Below, piece by piece: positions 9,245 through 18,359 of a DNA stretch of 32,000 nucleotides (position 1 is the stretch's first letter; each line of letters opens with the position of its first letter). Where the stretch lies: assembly GCA_002794465.1 (NCBI GenBank), contig MTSL01000150.1, positions 1 through 32,000 on the forward strand. The letters run 5' to 3'. This DNA is from Paramicrosporidium saccamoebae KSL3 (taxonomy: Eukaryota; Fungi; Cryptomycota). Position numbers and translations under genes: made by a program. Below the pieces are notes generated by a model. It was not told where the DNA came from and made no database searches. It saw nothing but the letters and a program-made list of their open reading frames with translations.

Positions 9245-9690
9245 GTCAACATAAATGGGCGGCAGGGAATTACCAATTGGGGCGGACTCACCGACAGTGT
9301 CCAAGCATTAAAGAGCCAATATTTCCACTCCTCGCCTCTCCATACTCGGAAAAGTACCCAGCATCCAGCTAAAATTCTACTACTTTGCACTATAAGCTTT
9401 ACATAATTGAAGCCGTATAGTTGATACATCTCATTAGAAAATATTTTACTTGTAGTTATTAAGTTGGAAAAATGGGCCCGCCCAATTAGTCCAGTATATA
9501 TGTCATGTCCAATGTAGATGTCATGCCCAATATAAATGTCATGTCCAATGTAAATGCCATGTCCAGTATAAATGTCATGTCCAGTATAAATTTCATGTCC
9601 AGTATAAATGTCATGTCCAGCATATATGCCATGCCCAGTGTCTACACGGGAGGGCTTTGGGGTTTTAGGGACAAGATGGAATTGTACCAT
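9235..9690 (-). CDS. Possible small protein with 8x GHxIYx repeat
   Basis: 151-aa ATG-initiated ORF. G, H, I and Y are invariant across the repeat, with synonymous third-position changes. It overlaps the 3' end of the neighbouring gene, so it may be spurious. Confidence 0.3.
   Translation of the reverse strand: MVQFHLVPKTPKPSRVDTGHGIYAGHDIYTGHEIYTGHDIYTGHGIYIGHDIYIGHDIYIGHDIYTGLIGRAHFSNLITTSKIFSNEMYQLYGFNYVKLIVQSSRILAGCWVLFRVWRGEEWKYWLFNAWTLSVSPPQLVIPCRPFMLTLW
9500..9643. repeat. 18-bp minisatellite, 8 copies (consensus ATGTCATGTCCAGTATAA)
   Basis: Units start at 9500, 9518, 9536, 9554, 9572, 9590, 9608 and 9626. Confidence 0.92.
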
Positions 9691-10310
9691 TGGATAATCT
9701 CAAGGTCGGTAATACCCTTTTTGATTTTCAGTACCATTGCCGGGTCATGGAACATGGGCAACTCGCTCCATAGATCCCATCCTGTCGGATACGCATCTCG
9801 ACAGGTGAAGAACATGACTAGAGCCTTCTTCGCCCAATACACATCATTAAACTCGGAGCCACGCAAAGAGTTCTTTACATACACTTCGATATAGTTTCGA
9901 GAGTTTTCTGCGTTCCGGGTTCTGGTTTTAAAGGTGGCATCATGCAAGAGTCTGTGGATCGACGGGTACAGACAATAATTCGCGTCCATCTTCTTGACCG
10001 CCGCCTTGCATTCAGCGCTGATAGTAACAGGCACAAGGGAGACTTTGATCTCTGGAGCTGGTGCAAGAGGTTCTGCCCGAGCTCTGACCTCTAAAACTTG
10101 CATCAAGTGGTTGATTCGAGTATTTCTCCTTTCCTCTTGTTTCGCTTCTTGCACAGGTGTCGACTCCACCCCTTTTGCCGTCGCCTTTTCATGTCCAGGA
10201 TTTGGCAGCTGCCCACTCTCAACGTCGGTGGGCTCGGTTCCCATAGTGACTGTGGAAAATGCGACAAGTGCAAAGGACTGTAAAGTGAATAGGATCTTCC
10301 AAAGGTTCAT
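9642..10310 (-). CDS. Hypothetical secreted protein (~222 aa)
   Basis: Within ORF 9642-10445, ATG 10310 starts a signal-like MNLWKILFTLQSFALVAFS, followed by a low-complexity linker and a helical domain. Confidence 0.72.
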   Translation of the reverse strand: MNLWKILFTLQSFALVAFSTVTMGTEPTDVESGQLPNPGHEKATAKGVESTPVQEAKQEERRNTRINHLMQVLEVRARAEPLAPAPEIKVSLVPVTISAECKAAVKKMDANYCLYPSIHRLLHDATFKTRTRNAENSRNYIEVYVKNSLRGSEFNDVYWAKKALVMFFTCRDAYPTGWDLWSELPMFHDPAMVLKIKKGITDLEIIQWYNSILSLKPQSPPV

Positions 10311-10518
10311 CGTTGCTGTGGCGCTCAATCCCTGGCGGTGTTCACCATTTAACAGGGGCTGATCTGCCCCAATAAAGACAGCCATTTTACCGGGGATTCG
10401 CCGATTGAGATCGTTTATGGGCATTATGCGCCAGCCACATCCCAATAATTAAGAGGACCGAATATTATTTCCATCTTATCAGTTTAATATTGGCTTACTA
10501 TCAACTCGGCATTTGCCC

Positions 10519-12072
10519 ATGAGATTGGCTCTTGTTCTGGTGGTGTTGCAGACTTTGGAATGTCTCCAACTCCAGTGCTCTGTGACACAAATGCTGGGTC
10601 ATTTTACAATAGAGACCCTTGAGACATATTTCGAGAGCGTTGGTCCGCATCGGGAAGACTATCTGACGTTGGTGCGCATCCTCCAATATCGCGAGTTTGA
10701 CTTTCAGTCCCTTTGGAACGCCCTGCCACCCAACCCTCTTATTGTGAAACGTGACTGGGAGCTTATTGCGGAACAGTGCGTCCATCTCATGCCAATCGCT
10801 CGAGTGCAAAAGGTCGACAATATGATCCATCTTCTGGAGCTGTTCGAGTTGCCCATTCTCTTTGCAACCCGCGCCTGGGATCCAACCATTGTCTCGCCAT
10901 TCGTCTGGAGTCCCATCCTCGGTCATATTGCTCGGACACAGCTACATTTGGTAGAGTCCAAGGAATGGTGTAGTCTGCTAGCCACCAGTCTCAACGGCGA
11001 CGTATTGTCATTAGATCTGGATAATTGGAAGCTCTTTGATTCAGAATGCGTAAGCATGTTTGTTAAACGTGGCGGCAGGCTGAGCCTCCCAACCACATCT
11101 GGACACGAATGTCCCGAAATTATGCTCCGAGCTGCCCACTTGTTGCGTACAACAATGGGGGATTTCACAATGGGATTAGTAACGGGACTGACATTGCTAC
11201 TTTACGGTAATTCACTACTGGTTAGGCATCTTCGAGACTGGGCCAGCATCCACTCTGACGAAGCACACCGCAAAACTGCATTTGAATATCTGATAGTGTA
11301 CTTTTCTAAATTCACCTTCAAGAATGATTATGAAGCAGCCATGTTCCGATTCGAGCTGGGTCTGGAGGCCATATCTCGAAAAGTAATGGCCGCCCGTCAA
11401 TATATGGAGCAATTGTTAACCGTTTACTCTCCCCATCAAATTTCGCCCTACCAAGCAAGCCAGGTGCTTGGCTTGCTGGGACAGAGCAGTATGGACACTA
11501 AGGGGGCTTGGCATTCCGATTGGCATGGATTGCCGTCAAACCATCCGGCATGGCCACGCCATTTTGTTCCAATCAAAGAACAACATTTGGCTTGGCGACT
11601 ACAACACGTCACATTGCCGCCTGCCTCTCAGCTCATCCGCACCATCAATCCAGACGGTTTGAGGCGCCTACTCGTCCCAAAAAAGCTCTACACCCACGGC
11701 AGTATTTACATTGATGACGCCCTATTCAACCTAGTGCAGCTGATGAGGGATGAAGAGTTGCGAATCCGAACCACAACTGTGCAAGACGTCTCCGCTGTGT
11801 ATAATATAGTGGCCGCCGAGGGAACCCTCCGGTTTGCTTGTTTGGCAGCTACGCTTGAGGAAATTACATTGTATCTGAAAATCCGTCTTGCCTTGCACGC
11901 ATTGCTCGCCCATCCATTGCCGTCCCTGACATTGGAGCTGTTCAAGACGCGCATTAATCCACGCAGTCTCTGTCTCAATCCCCCCGTCCCTGAGGTATTC
12001 TCTGCTCTCGTACAAGGACTGCGTCGGATTATTTGCAAATGGCGCTTGTCCAAGTCTTTAATTCTGCGTTGA
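10519..12072 (+). CDS. Hypothetical secreted protein, probable distant member of the ~530-aa family
   Basis: Long ORF with signal-like MRLALVLVVLQTLEC. Carries HP-x7-P-x7-W, matching YP-x7-P-x7-W in 12314-13897 and 14182-15789. Confidence 0.82.
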   Translation: MRLALVLVVLQTLECLQLQCSVTQMLGHFTIETLETYFESVGPHREDYLTLVRILQYREFDFQSLWNALPPNPLIVKRDWELIAEQCVHLMPIARVQKVDNMIHLLELFELPILFATRAWDPTIVSPFVWSPILGHIARTQLHLVESKEWCSLLATSLNGDVLSLDLDNWKLFDSECVSMFVKRGGRLSLPTTSGHECPEIMLRAAHLLRTTMGDFTMGLVTGLTLLLYGNSLLVRHLRDWASIHSDEAHRKTAFEYLIVYFSKFTFKNDYEAAMFRFELGLEAISRKVMAARQYMEQLLTVYSPHQISPYQASQVLGLLGQSSMDTKGAWHSDWHGLPSNHPAWPRHFVPIKEQHLAWRLQHVTLPPASQLIRTINPDGLRRLLVPKKLYTHGSIYIDDALFNLVQLMRDEELRIRTTTVQDVSAVYNIVAAEGTLRFACLAATLEEITLYLKIRLALHALLAHPLPSLTLELFKTRINPRSLCLNPPVPEVFSALVQGLRRIICKWRLSKSLILR

Positions 12073-12154
12073 TCGGGTTTACGATTATGCAGGTGCCAAT
12101 TTCGTGACTCGCTAGTCTGACAATTAGCTCTAATAGAATTTATTTGCGCACTAA

Positions 12155-12307
12155 TGTGAGGGATGGATTAGTTGGGTACTTGAGAACAATTTCCCAGTTT
12201 AGAGAAAGACAGTGGGATTAGTATCTTTACCATGTGGGGATTACTACTACGTCGCTTGTGACCATGGACGGGCTTAACATTGATAATAGTTTCCTCACTG
12301 TGCGGCA
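12155..12307 (+). mobile_element. Degenerate, internally deleted relic of the same LTR family
   Basis: Starts TGTGA and contains TTCCCAGTTTAGAGAAAGACA...TCTTTACCATGTGGGG, matching TTCCCTAGTTTGGAGAAAGGACA...TCTTTACCACTTGGGG of the solo LTR. Ends CCTCACTGTGCGGCA (LTR end is CCCCACTACGCGACA). No TSD visible. Confidence 0.55.
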
Positions 12308-12313
12308 AACTGA

Positions 12314-13897
12314 CTACCGGATACATTTTCCCAGCTCTTGAGCATTAGTAAAGTATAATTTCAGGTTGGAAGAATCCAAACCTGCCAACGTCAAAACTGC
12401 CTGTTTAGCATGCAGACCTACTCGTACATGGTATTCACGTTCGATAGATCGACGGTCGGGGGGATTCGAAAACCACAACGCTGCAATTTGCTCGCTGATG
12501 GCGTCGTCCCATCGACCCGTGAGGGTAAAGATGTAGAGAACGGCGTTGTAGATGGCTCGAGTAATCGTGGTGGATTTGGTCGAGACAAAACGACCATAGT
12601 TGGAGGTATGATGCTGCATGATCGAATGCTGTTTCATTACTGCCAAAAACCATTCGCAAAGGGAGAGAGAGTCATGAATGACAGTCCTGATTGTTTCCGT
12701 CTCTTTTCCATCCTCTTCGCCCATCTCCAAACTGGCTATCATGGGGCTAGCAAAGACTCTTGGAAAGTTTTTCAGGTCGTTGCCCCACAAAAATTTGTAC
12801 ACGCTGGCAAAATCCACAATACCGCCTTTAAAATCTAACGGCTCCTCTTTGGGCAGCAATGCCAATTGTTGCCATCGCAGAAAACGAACGGCCAATGGCG
12901 CTGATGGCAGACGATCGCTTGGATACAGTCGCAGCATCTTGCGGAATGTCGCCTCCCACAGCGACCGGTTGAGACATTCGCAATGGTCAAAATTAAACTC
13001 TGTATCAGTCAACAATAGCTTGAACGGATAGGGCGCCATGTCTGTGCCGCATTTGGAAAGCAGAAAACACATGGACTCGCATTGAGCCGCATTGTTTACT
13101 TCGGACTGCATGACTCCATATTTGACAGCTTTGTCCAAGGCAACTCGGATGACCCTCACCGTGTTCACCAGCCAAGCCGACCTCTCAGTGGCGTTGGCCA
13201 CATTGGACGTCATTTCTACGACAGCCTCCAAAGTTTCAATGTGCTTTACTTTGTTGCTCAAATACCCTTTGAATACGGAATATATGGGCGTTTGAACGTT
13301 CATGATTAAAGACTGGGCGCGCTGTTGGTGAATCCACATCACAGAACGTACCCAGCGTTGCCACACTTGCAAGAACAGCAGCGGCTCTATGGATGTCTCT
13401 AGTTTGCTGAGCAGATAATCGTCGAACGACGGGGCCACAAAGGTGGAGGAGATGGCCTTCCAGGCGTCGTCGGCAACATTCCACGGATCAGAATGAGGCA
13501 GACCCCTAGTGAACAAACGGTGTTGATGGCGTTGCACTGAGGCTAATAAAACCTGCACGTCGCCTGTAAAGGCCCAAATCATAAAATCGCCTGTGGGAGG
13601 GACACTGGGTAGGAGTCTAGCGTCTAGAAACGCCGAATGCAGCTCAGGATAGGGCTGGACCGCTTCTGCGATCAAAGCCTCCCACTCTTCATCGCCATCC
13701 CACGTAATATCTATGAGCTGTGCGGGGGAGAGGAGCTGCGACAGTAAAGTCAGCCCTTCCCGGTTCATGGAGACCGAGTCGACAATAGTAGCGAGCACAC
13801 GGTTGGGTATATCCCATAGAAACGCTTCTGGAAAATCCTCAAGCACAATACAATGAGCTAACAGCCCAATAGACAACAATACCAACAGCCGAATCAT
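12314..13897 (-). CDS. Hypothetical secreted protein, ~530-aa family
   Basis: ATG 13897 gives signal-like MIRLLVLLSIGLLAHC. Colinear similarity to 14182-15789 (LWD, PWxxAxDAW, WQR, TRAxxNAVxYxFxLTGxW). Confidence 0.85.
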   Translation of the reverse strand: MIRLLVLLSIGLLAHCIVLEDFPEAFLWDIPNRVLATIVDSVSMNREGLTLLSQLLSPAQLIDITWDGDEEWEALIAEAVQPYPELHSAFLDARLLPSVPPTGDFMIWAFTGDVQVLLASVQRHQHRLFTRGLPHSDPWNVADDAWKAISSTFVAPSFDDYLLSKLETSIEPLLFLQVWQRWVRSVMWIHQQRAQSLIMNVQTPIYSVFKGYLSNKVKHIETLEAVVEMTSNVANATERSAWLVNTVRVIRVALDKAVKYGVMQSEVNNAAQCESMCFLLSKCGTDMAPYPFKLLLTDTEFNFDHCECLNRSLWEATFRKMLRLYPSDRLPSAPLAVRFLRWQQLALLPKEEPLDFKGGIVDFASVYKFLWGNDLKNFPRVFASPMIASLEMGEEDGKETETIRTVIHDSLSLCEWFLAVMKQHSIMQHHTSNYGRFVSTKSTTITRAIYNAVLYIFTLTGRWDDAISEQIAALWFSNPPDRRSIEREYHVRVGLHAKQAVLTLAGLDSSNLKLYFTNAQELGKCIR

Positions 13898-14181
13898 TTT
13901 GCAAGGGTGACCAGGGAATCGATACTCGGATAACAAGACTCTAAGCAAACCCTTGAACGATCAGAGTATATGGGTGAGTGTCTTGGACACTGTGAATCTC
14001 CTGGGCGTTTTAAAAGATGCAGATATTTGTGAGGTTAGGATTAAAGGCCCCTTTATTGGTATCCTTGGCCCATAGTTATGCTATTTCACAGTATTACAAA
14101 TCTTTAAATGTTACAAACATACTAATACCTAACAGACTGTATACACCTTTGCACTACTCGCATGTACATAATGTTGTATTC

Positions 14182-15789
14182 TCACTCTGATCTAAAGACG
14201 GGGTCGGTGAGATGAAAATGTTGTGTGAATATTTGATATTCCACCGACATCCAACTCGTAATCATCTCCTCCGCATCGACCAGTAGCTCATCATAGGCCG
14301 TTCTCACTTGATCTGGCTTGGCAAAGTCGAGACGAGCGTGGGGCCACCATAGATGCATGATATTTGGATTCACCAGAGAATTCCATTTTCCGGTGAGGGC
14401 AAATTGGTATCGGACGGCGTTGAAGACGGCCCTGGTGTGCATTGAAGACACGAGAAGATGTTCCTTTAGTGCATGGCTATACAGACAGAAGCCTTCACGG
14501 ACGACCTGCAGATACCAAGTGCACATTTCCAGTAGGGTCCGCACCATATGCGTCTTTCCCAGATAGACTAGCGTCACCGGATCGGGAAGGGTGAGAGAAT
14601 GTTTAAACAATCCCTCCCCCATGGTCGCAGCAACTTCAGTGACGGTCAGGAGGAAGGGGAGGCGTTTGACAGAACTGAACAGTACATAAAGAGCCTGCCA
14701 CCGGACATACCGTGTCTCATATGGCTCATACGGCAGCACTTCTCCTGGATAATACCTCATCAGAGCGTAAAACATGGCCTTCCATTGATGTGGATGCTGC
14801 TGATTGGGCGACCACAGGATATACGGGGAGTTTAACAGAGCCAAAAAGTTCATGGGAGCAAAGTCATTCGGATCCATCTGTTCCAAGATAATTGCCAGAA
14901 TGGCAAGTTGTTCAGATTTAGACAGTTTGGGTAGCAAGACCAGAAAAGTATCCAGAAGCCACGCCGATGCCTCCTTTTTTTCCAATTCTGCAACCATTCC
15001 GATGATCTGATAAATAACCTCTATGGCAGTTGCTTGATCGTGGAGGTAGGCATCCAGAAGGAGTACGGTTGCATCATCAGTCACGCCAACAACAGCTGTG
15101 GACAGACTATTTAATTTTCGTTGCCATTGTCGCACATATAGTAATTGTTGTTCCATCCCATTGCTCCGGATGTATCTTTGGTGTAAATACTCGTCATAAA
15201 TGGGACGATTAAGATTGACTGGAAAGAAACGCCAGGCATCCTCGGCCAACAACCATGGTCTGGGAACGTCAGCAAGCAAATCGGCATGGCGATGGATCCT
15301 CATGTTTTCGAGCCGCTCCACATCACTGAACTTGGAGAAGTCAGAACCTTCCACCCACAAGATCCCACGGAAACCCGTAGTGGGCACCAGGCCCATGTAC
15401 TGTTCATTGAGCATCTGCGAGTTTAGTAGAATGTGCAGCGTGGGACGGGAGGAGATGGCAGTAATCAAAGGCCTACTCCATGGAGTGGTCCACAGCGGTT
15501 GGTTAAGAAAGTGGGGCAGACCAAACAGTACTCCCACCAGCTCCACCGCGCGTATATAATTAAAGTTGACACATTCCAGCATCCGGTACATTTTTTCATA
15601 GCTCGTGTCCCACAGAATCGTATTCAATTTTTCTCTAATAATCACTGCCCTTATAGTGAGAAACAGAGCGAAACATGCAATTTTGACGATCCACGAGACT
15701 CTGGTAGACCATGGAAATTTAGCGAAACACGGAAATTCAGCGAAAAACGAAAATTTAGCGAAACACGAAAATTTAGCGAAAAAGTTCAT
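14182..15789 (-). CDS. Hypothetical secreted protein, ~530-aa family, with an N-terminal FAKF repeat
   Basis: Tandem paralog of 12314-13897. The first ATG is at 15789, followed by four 6-aa repeats and then a hydrophobic WIVKIACFALFLTIRA. Confidence 0.85.
   Translation of the reverse strand: MNFFAKFSCFAKFSFFAEFPCFAKFPWSTRVSWIVKIACFALFLTIRAVIIREKLNTILWDTSYEKMYRMLECVNFNYIRAVELVGVLFGLPHFLNQPLWTTPWSRPLITAISSRPTLHILLNSQMLNEQYMGLVPTTGFRGILWVEGSDFSKFSDVERLENMRIHRHADLLADVPRPWLLAEDAWRFFPVNLNRPIYDEYLHQRYIRSNGMEQQLLYVRQWQRKLNSLSTAVVGVTDDATVLLLDAYLHDQATAIEVIYQIIGMVAELEKKEASAWLLDTFLVLLPKLSKSEQLAILAIILEQMDPNDFAPMNFLALLNSPYILWSPNQQHPHQWKAMFYALMRYYPGEVLPYEPYETRYVRWQALYVLFSSVKRLPFLLTVTEVAATMGEGLFKHSLTLPDPVTLVYLGKTHMVRTLLEMCTWYLQVVREGFCLYSHALKEHLLVSSMHTRAVFNAVRYQFALTGKWNSLVNPNIMHLWWPHARLDFAKPDQVRTAYDELLVDAEEMITSWMSVEYQIFTQHFHLTDPVFRSE
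15715..15786. repeat. 18-bp coding tandem repeat, 4 copies (AAATTTAGCGAAACACGA; encodes FAKFS[CF])
   Basis: Units start at 15715, 15733, 15751 and 15769. Confidence 0.88.
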
Positions 15790-15942
15790 CTCCGACGCCC
15801 CTGCCGGTGGCAATTACAACAATATCCGTTAAAACCAAAATGTTTCTTTTGGGATATAGAGGATACTGAAACAATTCATTGCTCATGCTTTTCCCATACA
15901 AACTTGATCAAAATACCACACTGATTGTATTTATTCTCATCC

Positions 15943-17008
15943 TTAGCGTGGAGTCTGCAGGAAGGGATTAGGAGTCTGTGCTGCCGACGGCAAGGACATT
16001 CTCTTACTATTGGAAAAATTGAACGATGGTGCTGGTGGCGCCGGCGGGGGTTTCACTGCCGTAGTAAATAATGATGGTGGGTTTGGTAGCATCTGAGCTC
16101 CCGTGTCCCTATTTGTAGCCATACCGTTATTGACTAATCCCCCCGCTCCACTATTCCCACTTGCACCGCTAATCCCACTCACCCCGCTCATACCGTCTTC
16201 CTTTAGTTTGACAGTTCGAGGGGCAAATGGATCGCGAGTATCACCACGATATTTTGTCAAAAAGGTCCGATAGACTGATTTAAGTCGATCCAAATCTTCT
16301 TCCAAAAGGGCCACTCGTCCAGCCAGTGCCAAGAACAGGTCGTGTTGATGACGCAATGAACTCCGTAACATGTCCACACTGAATCGATTGCTCTGATTCA
16401 GCTGCTCTAATTGACGCGACAATGTCTACTAATCAACAAACCAATTAGCAGTTTACCTCGGCTGCATCCACCAATTCAACGACCTGTGTTTCTAGACGAG
16501 AAATCATTTCCTCCAGCAAACTCAAATCGGAAGGCGTTATAACGGGTACCCATTTCATATGGCCGTCCGGTCCCGTTTGTCGCGATGAAATAACCATTCG
16601 TGCTACTTCCTCGCCGTATCGCCAGAAACGGTTCAATACGCGTTTTGCAGCATCCACATGCCCGCGACACGTCTCGTTGGCGCCCTCACAGACTGCCACA
16701 CGGTCCGCAAATCCCGCCACCTCCCGTGCCAGTCCCGCCGTATCCGTATACGGCTGACTCGCCAATGCAACACTTTGGTCATGCGCCAACCGGAGCGTCC
16801 GTTCTACCGTCTCCAAATTGGCGCGTAAATCTGCCGGTAGGTCTGTAAATTTTGTTTCCTTTGGAAACGGCATGCCTGTCACTGGTTGGGCGATTGTCGG
16901 TAGACTCATTCCCACCTGCTGGCCAAACATTCCCGAATACTGTTGCTGAGGCTGGGTCGCTCCAAAAAGCGAATTTGTTGGAGGCTGCTGTGGTGCAAAG
17001 TTGAACAT
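15943..17008 (-). CDS. Central-channel nucleoporin, Nup49/Nup58-like; 2 exons (17008-16457, 16425-15943)
   Basis: SLFG/GMFG N-terminus, TKFTDLP motif, coiled coils, FLALAGRV...LKSVY...DPF and a C-terminal FNF/NPF tail. A 31-nt intron (16456-16426) joins the two ORFs in phase 0. Confidence 0.78.
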
Positions 17009-17197
17009 TTCAATGGTACTTTTTTAACAAATTCAATTACTGGGGCTTGGTATTTTTTACATTTAACGGAAAATCGATTACTGAGATTCGAGAAATCCCT
17101 TATTAAACTATAAATCAATTACCAGTCATTATTCGGATTATCTGACATTACCGGTATTTCTTCCCCTCATCCCGCCCCGCCCGATTCTTAACATATA

Positions 17198-18262
17198 ATG
17201 GACAAGGGAAAGGAACGTGTCCCTATGGATATTGACGGCCCAACAGGGAATATGCCATGGGTGGAAAAATACCGTCCCACTGCATTGGACCAGGTTGTCC
17301 ATCATGTAGACATTATCAATACTCGTAGCCCATTCAATTGTTGACTGATTGTAGTGCGGAAATTCCTGAAAGAGGGTCGGTTGCCGCATCTTCTCTTCTA
17401 CGGTCCGCCTGGCACTGGAAAGACGAGCACCGCCCTCGCCCTTGCAAACGACGTCTTTGGGCCAATGCGGGGCGGAATGGTTCTGGAACTGAATGCCAGC
17501 GACGAACGAGGCATTGCCGTGGTCCGTGAACAGATAAAAACCTTTGCAGCCACCAAATCCCTCTCCTCCGTCGGGGTGGGTGGTCCAGCATTCAAACTGA
17601 TTGTATTGGACGAATGCGATGCAATGACTAATGCCGCCCAGAGTGCTTTACGGCGGGTCATGGAAAAGTACGTCCGAAATGTGCGGTTTGTACTCGTCTG
17701 CAATTATGTTGGTCAGATTATCCCCGCCCTGCAGTCTCGATGCACCCGTTTCCGCTTCTCGCCCCTCCCCATCGATGCCCTGAAAAGCCGTTTAGAGTTG
17801 GCAGGCCGGAATGAGGGTCTGACCATTGAGGAGACTGCCAAGAATGCCATCATCCGATTGGCCGGAGGCGATATGCGTCGTATTCTCAACGTCCTTCAAG
17901 CTGCCGCTGCCTCGGCTGACAATGTCATTACCGAAGATTGCGTCTATGCAGTAACAGCGGCTCCCCATCCGGCCGATTTGGACCGCATCTTCAAAACTCT
18001 ACTGGACCAAACAGATTATGCTGCTGCCCTTGCCCTCCTTCGGCAATTACAACTTTCCAAAGGATTGGCGTTGGTGGACATTGTGCAAGCCATGTTCGAC
18101 CGCCTCTCTCAAATTGCCATTCCCGACGAAATGCGTCTTTTTGCGACAAAACAATTGGCTGAGATTGAGTATCATCTTGCACGTGGTGCTACTGATTCCG
18201 TGCAGCTCCCTGCCGTAGTGGGAACCTTTTTTGTTGCCCGTACCTTCCTCAAAGCCCAATGA
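17198..18262 (+). CDS. RFC3: Replication factor C small subunit (yeast Rfc3 / human RFC5 type); 2 exons (17198-17324, 17355-18262), 344 aa
   Basis: PWVEKYRP, LPHLLFYGPPGTGKT, ELNASDERGI, LDECDAMT, SRCTRFRF, GDMRR and KGLALxDI motifs. Intron 17325-17354 is 30 nt. Confidence 0.96.
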
Positions 18263-18359
18263 ACACGGCAAATTCAACCACGGATCCTAGTATTACATTG
18301 ATATATAAACACGTTGGCTCTATTTATGCTTTTGGCCCACTAGTAACTCCATTCGGCTT

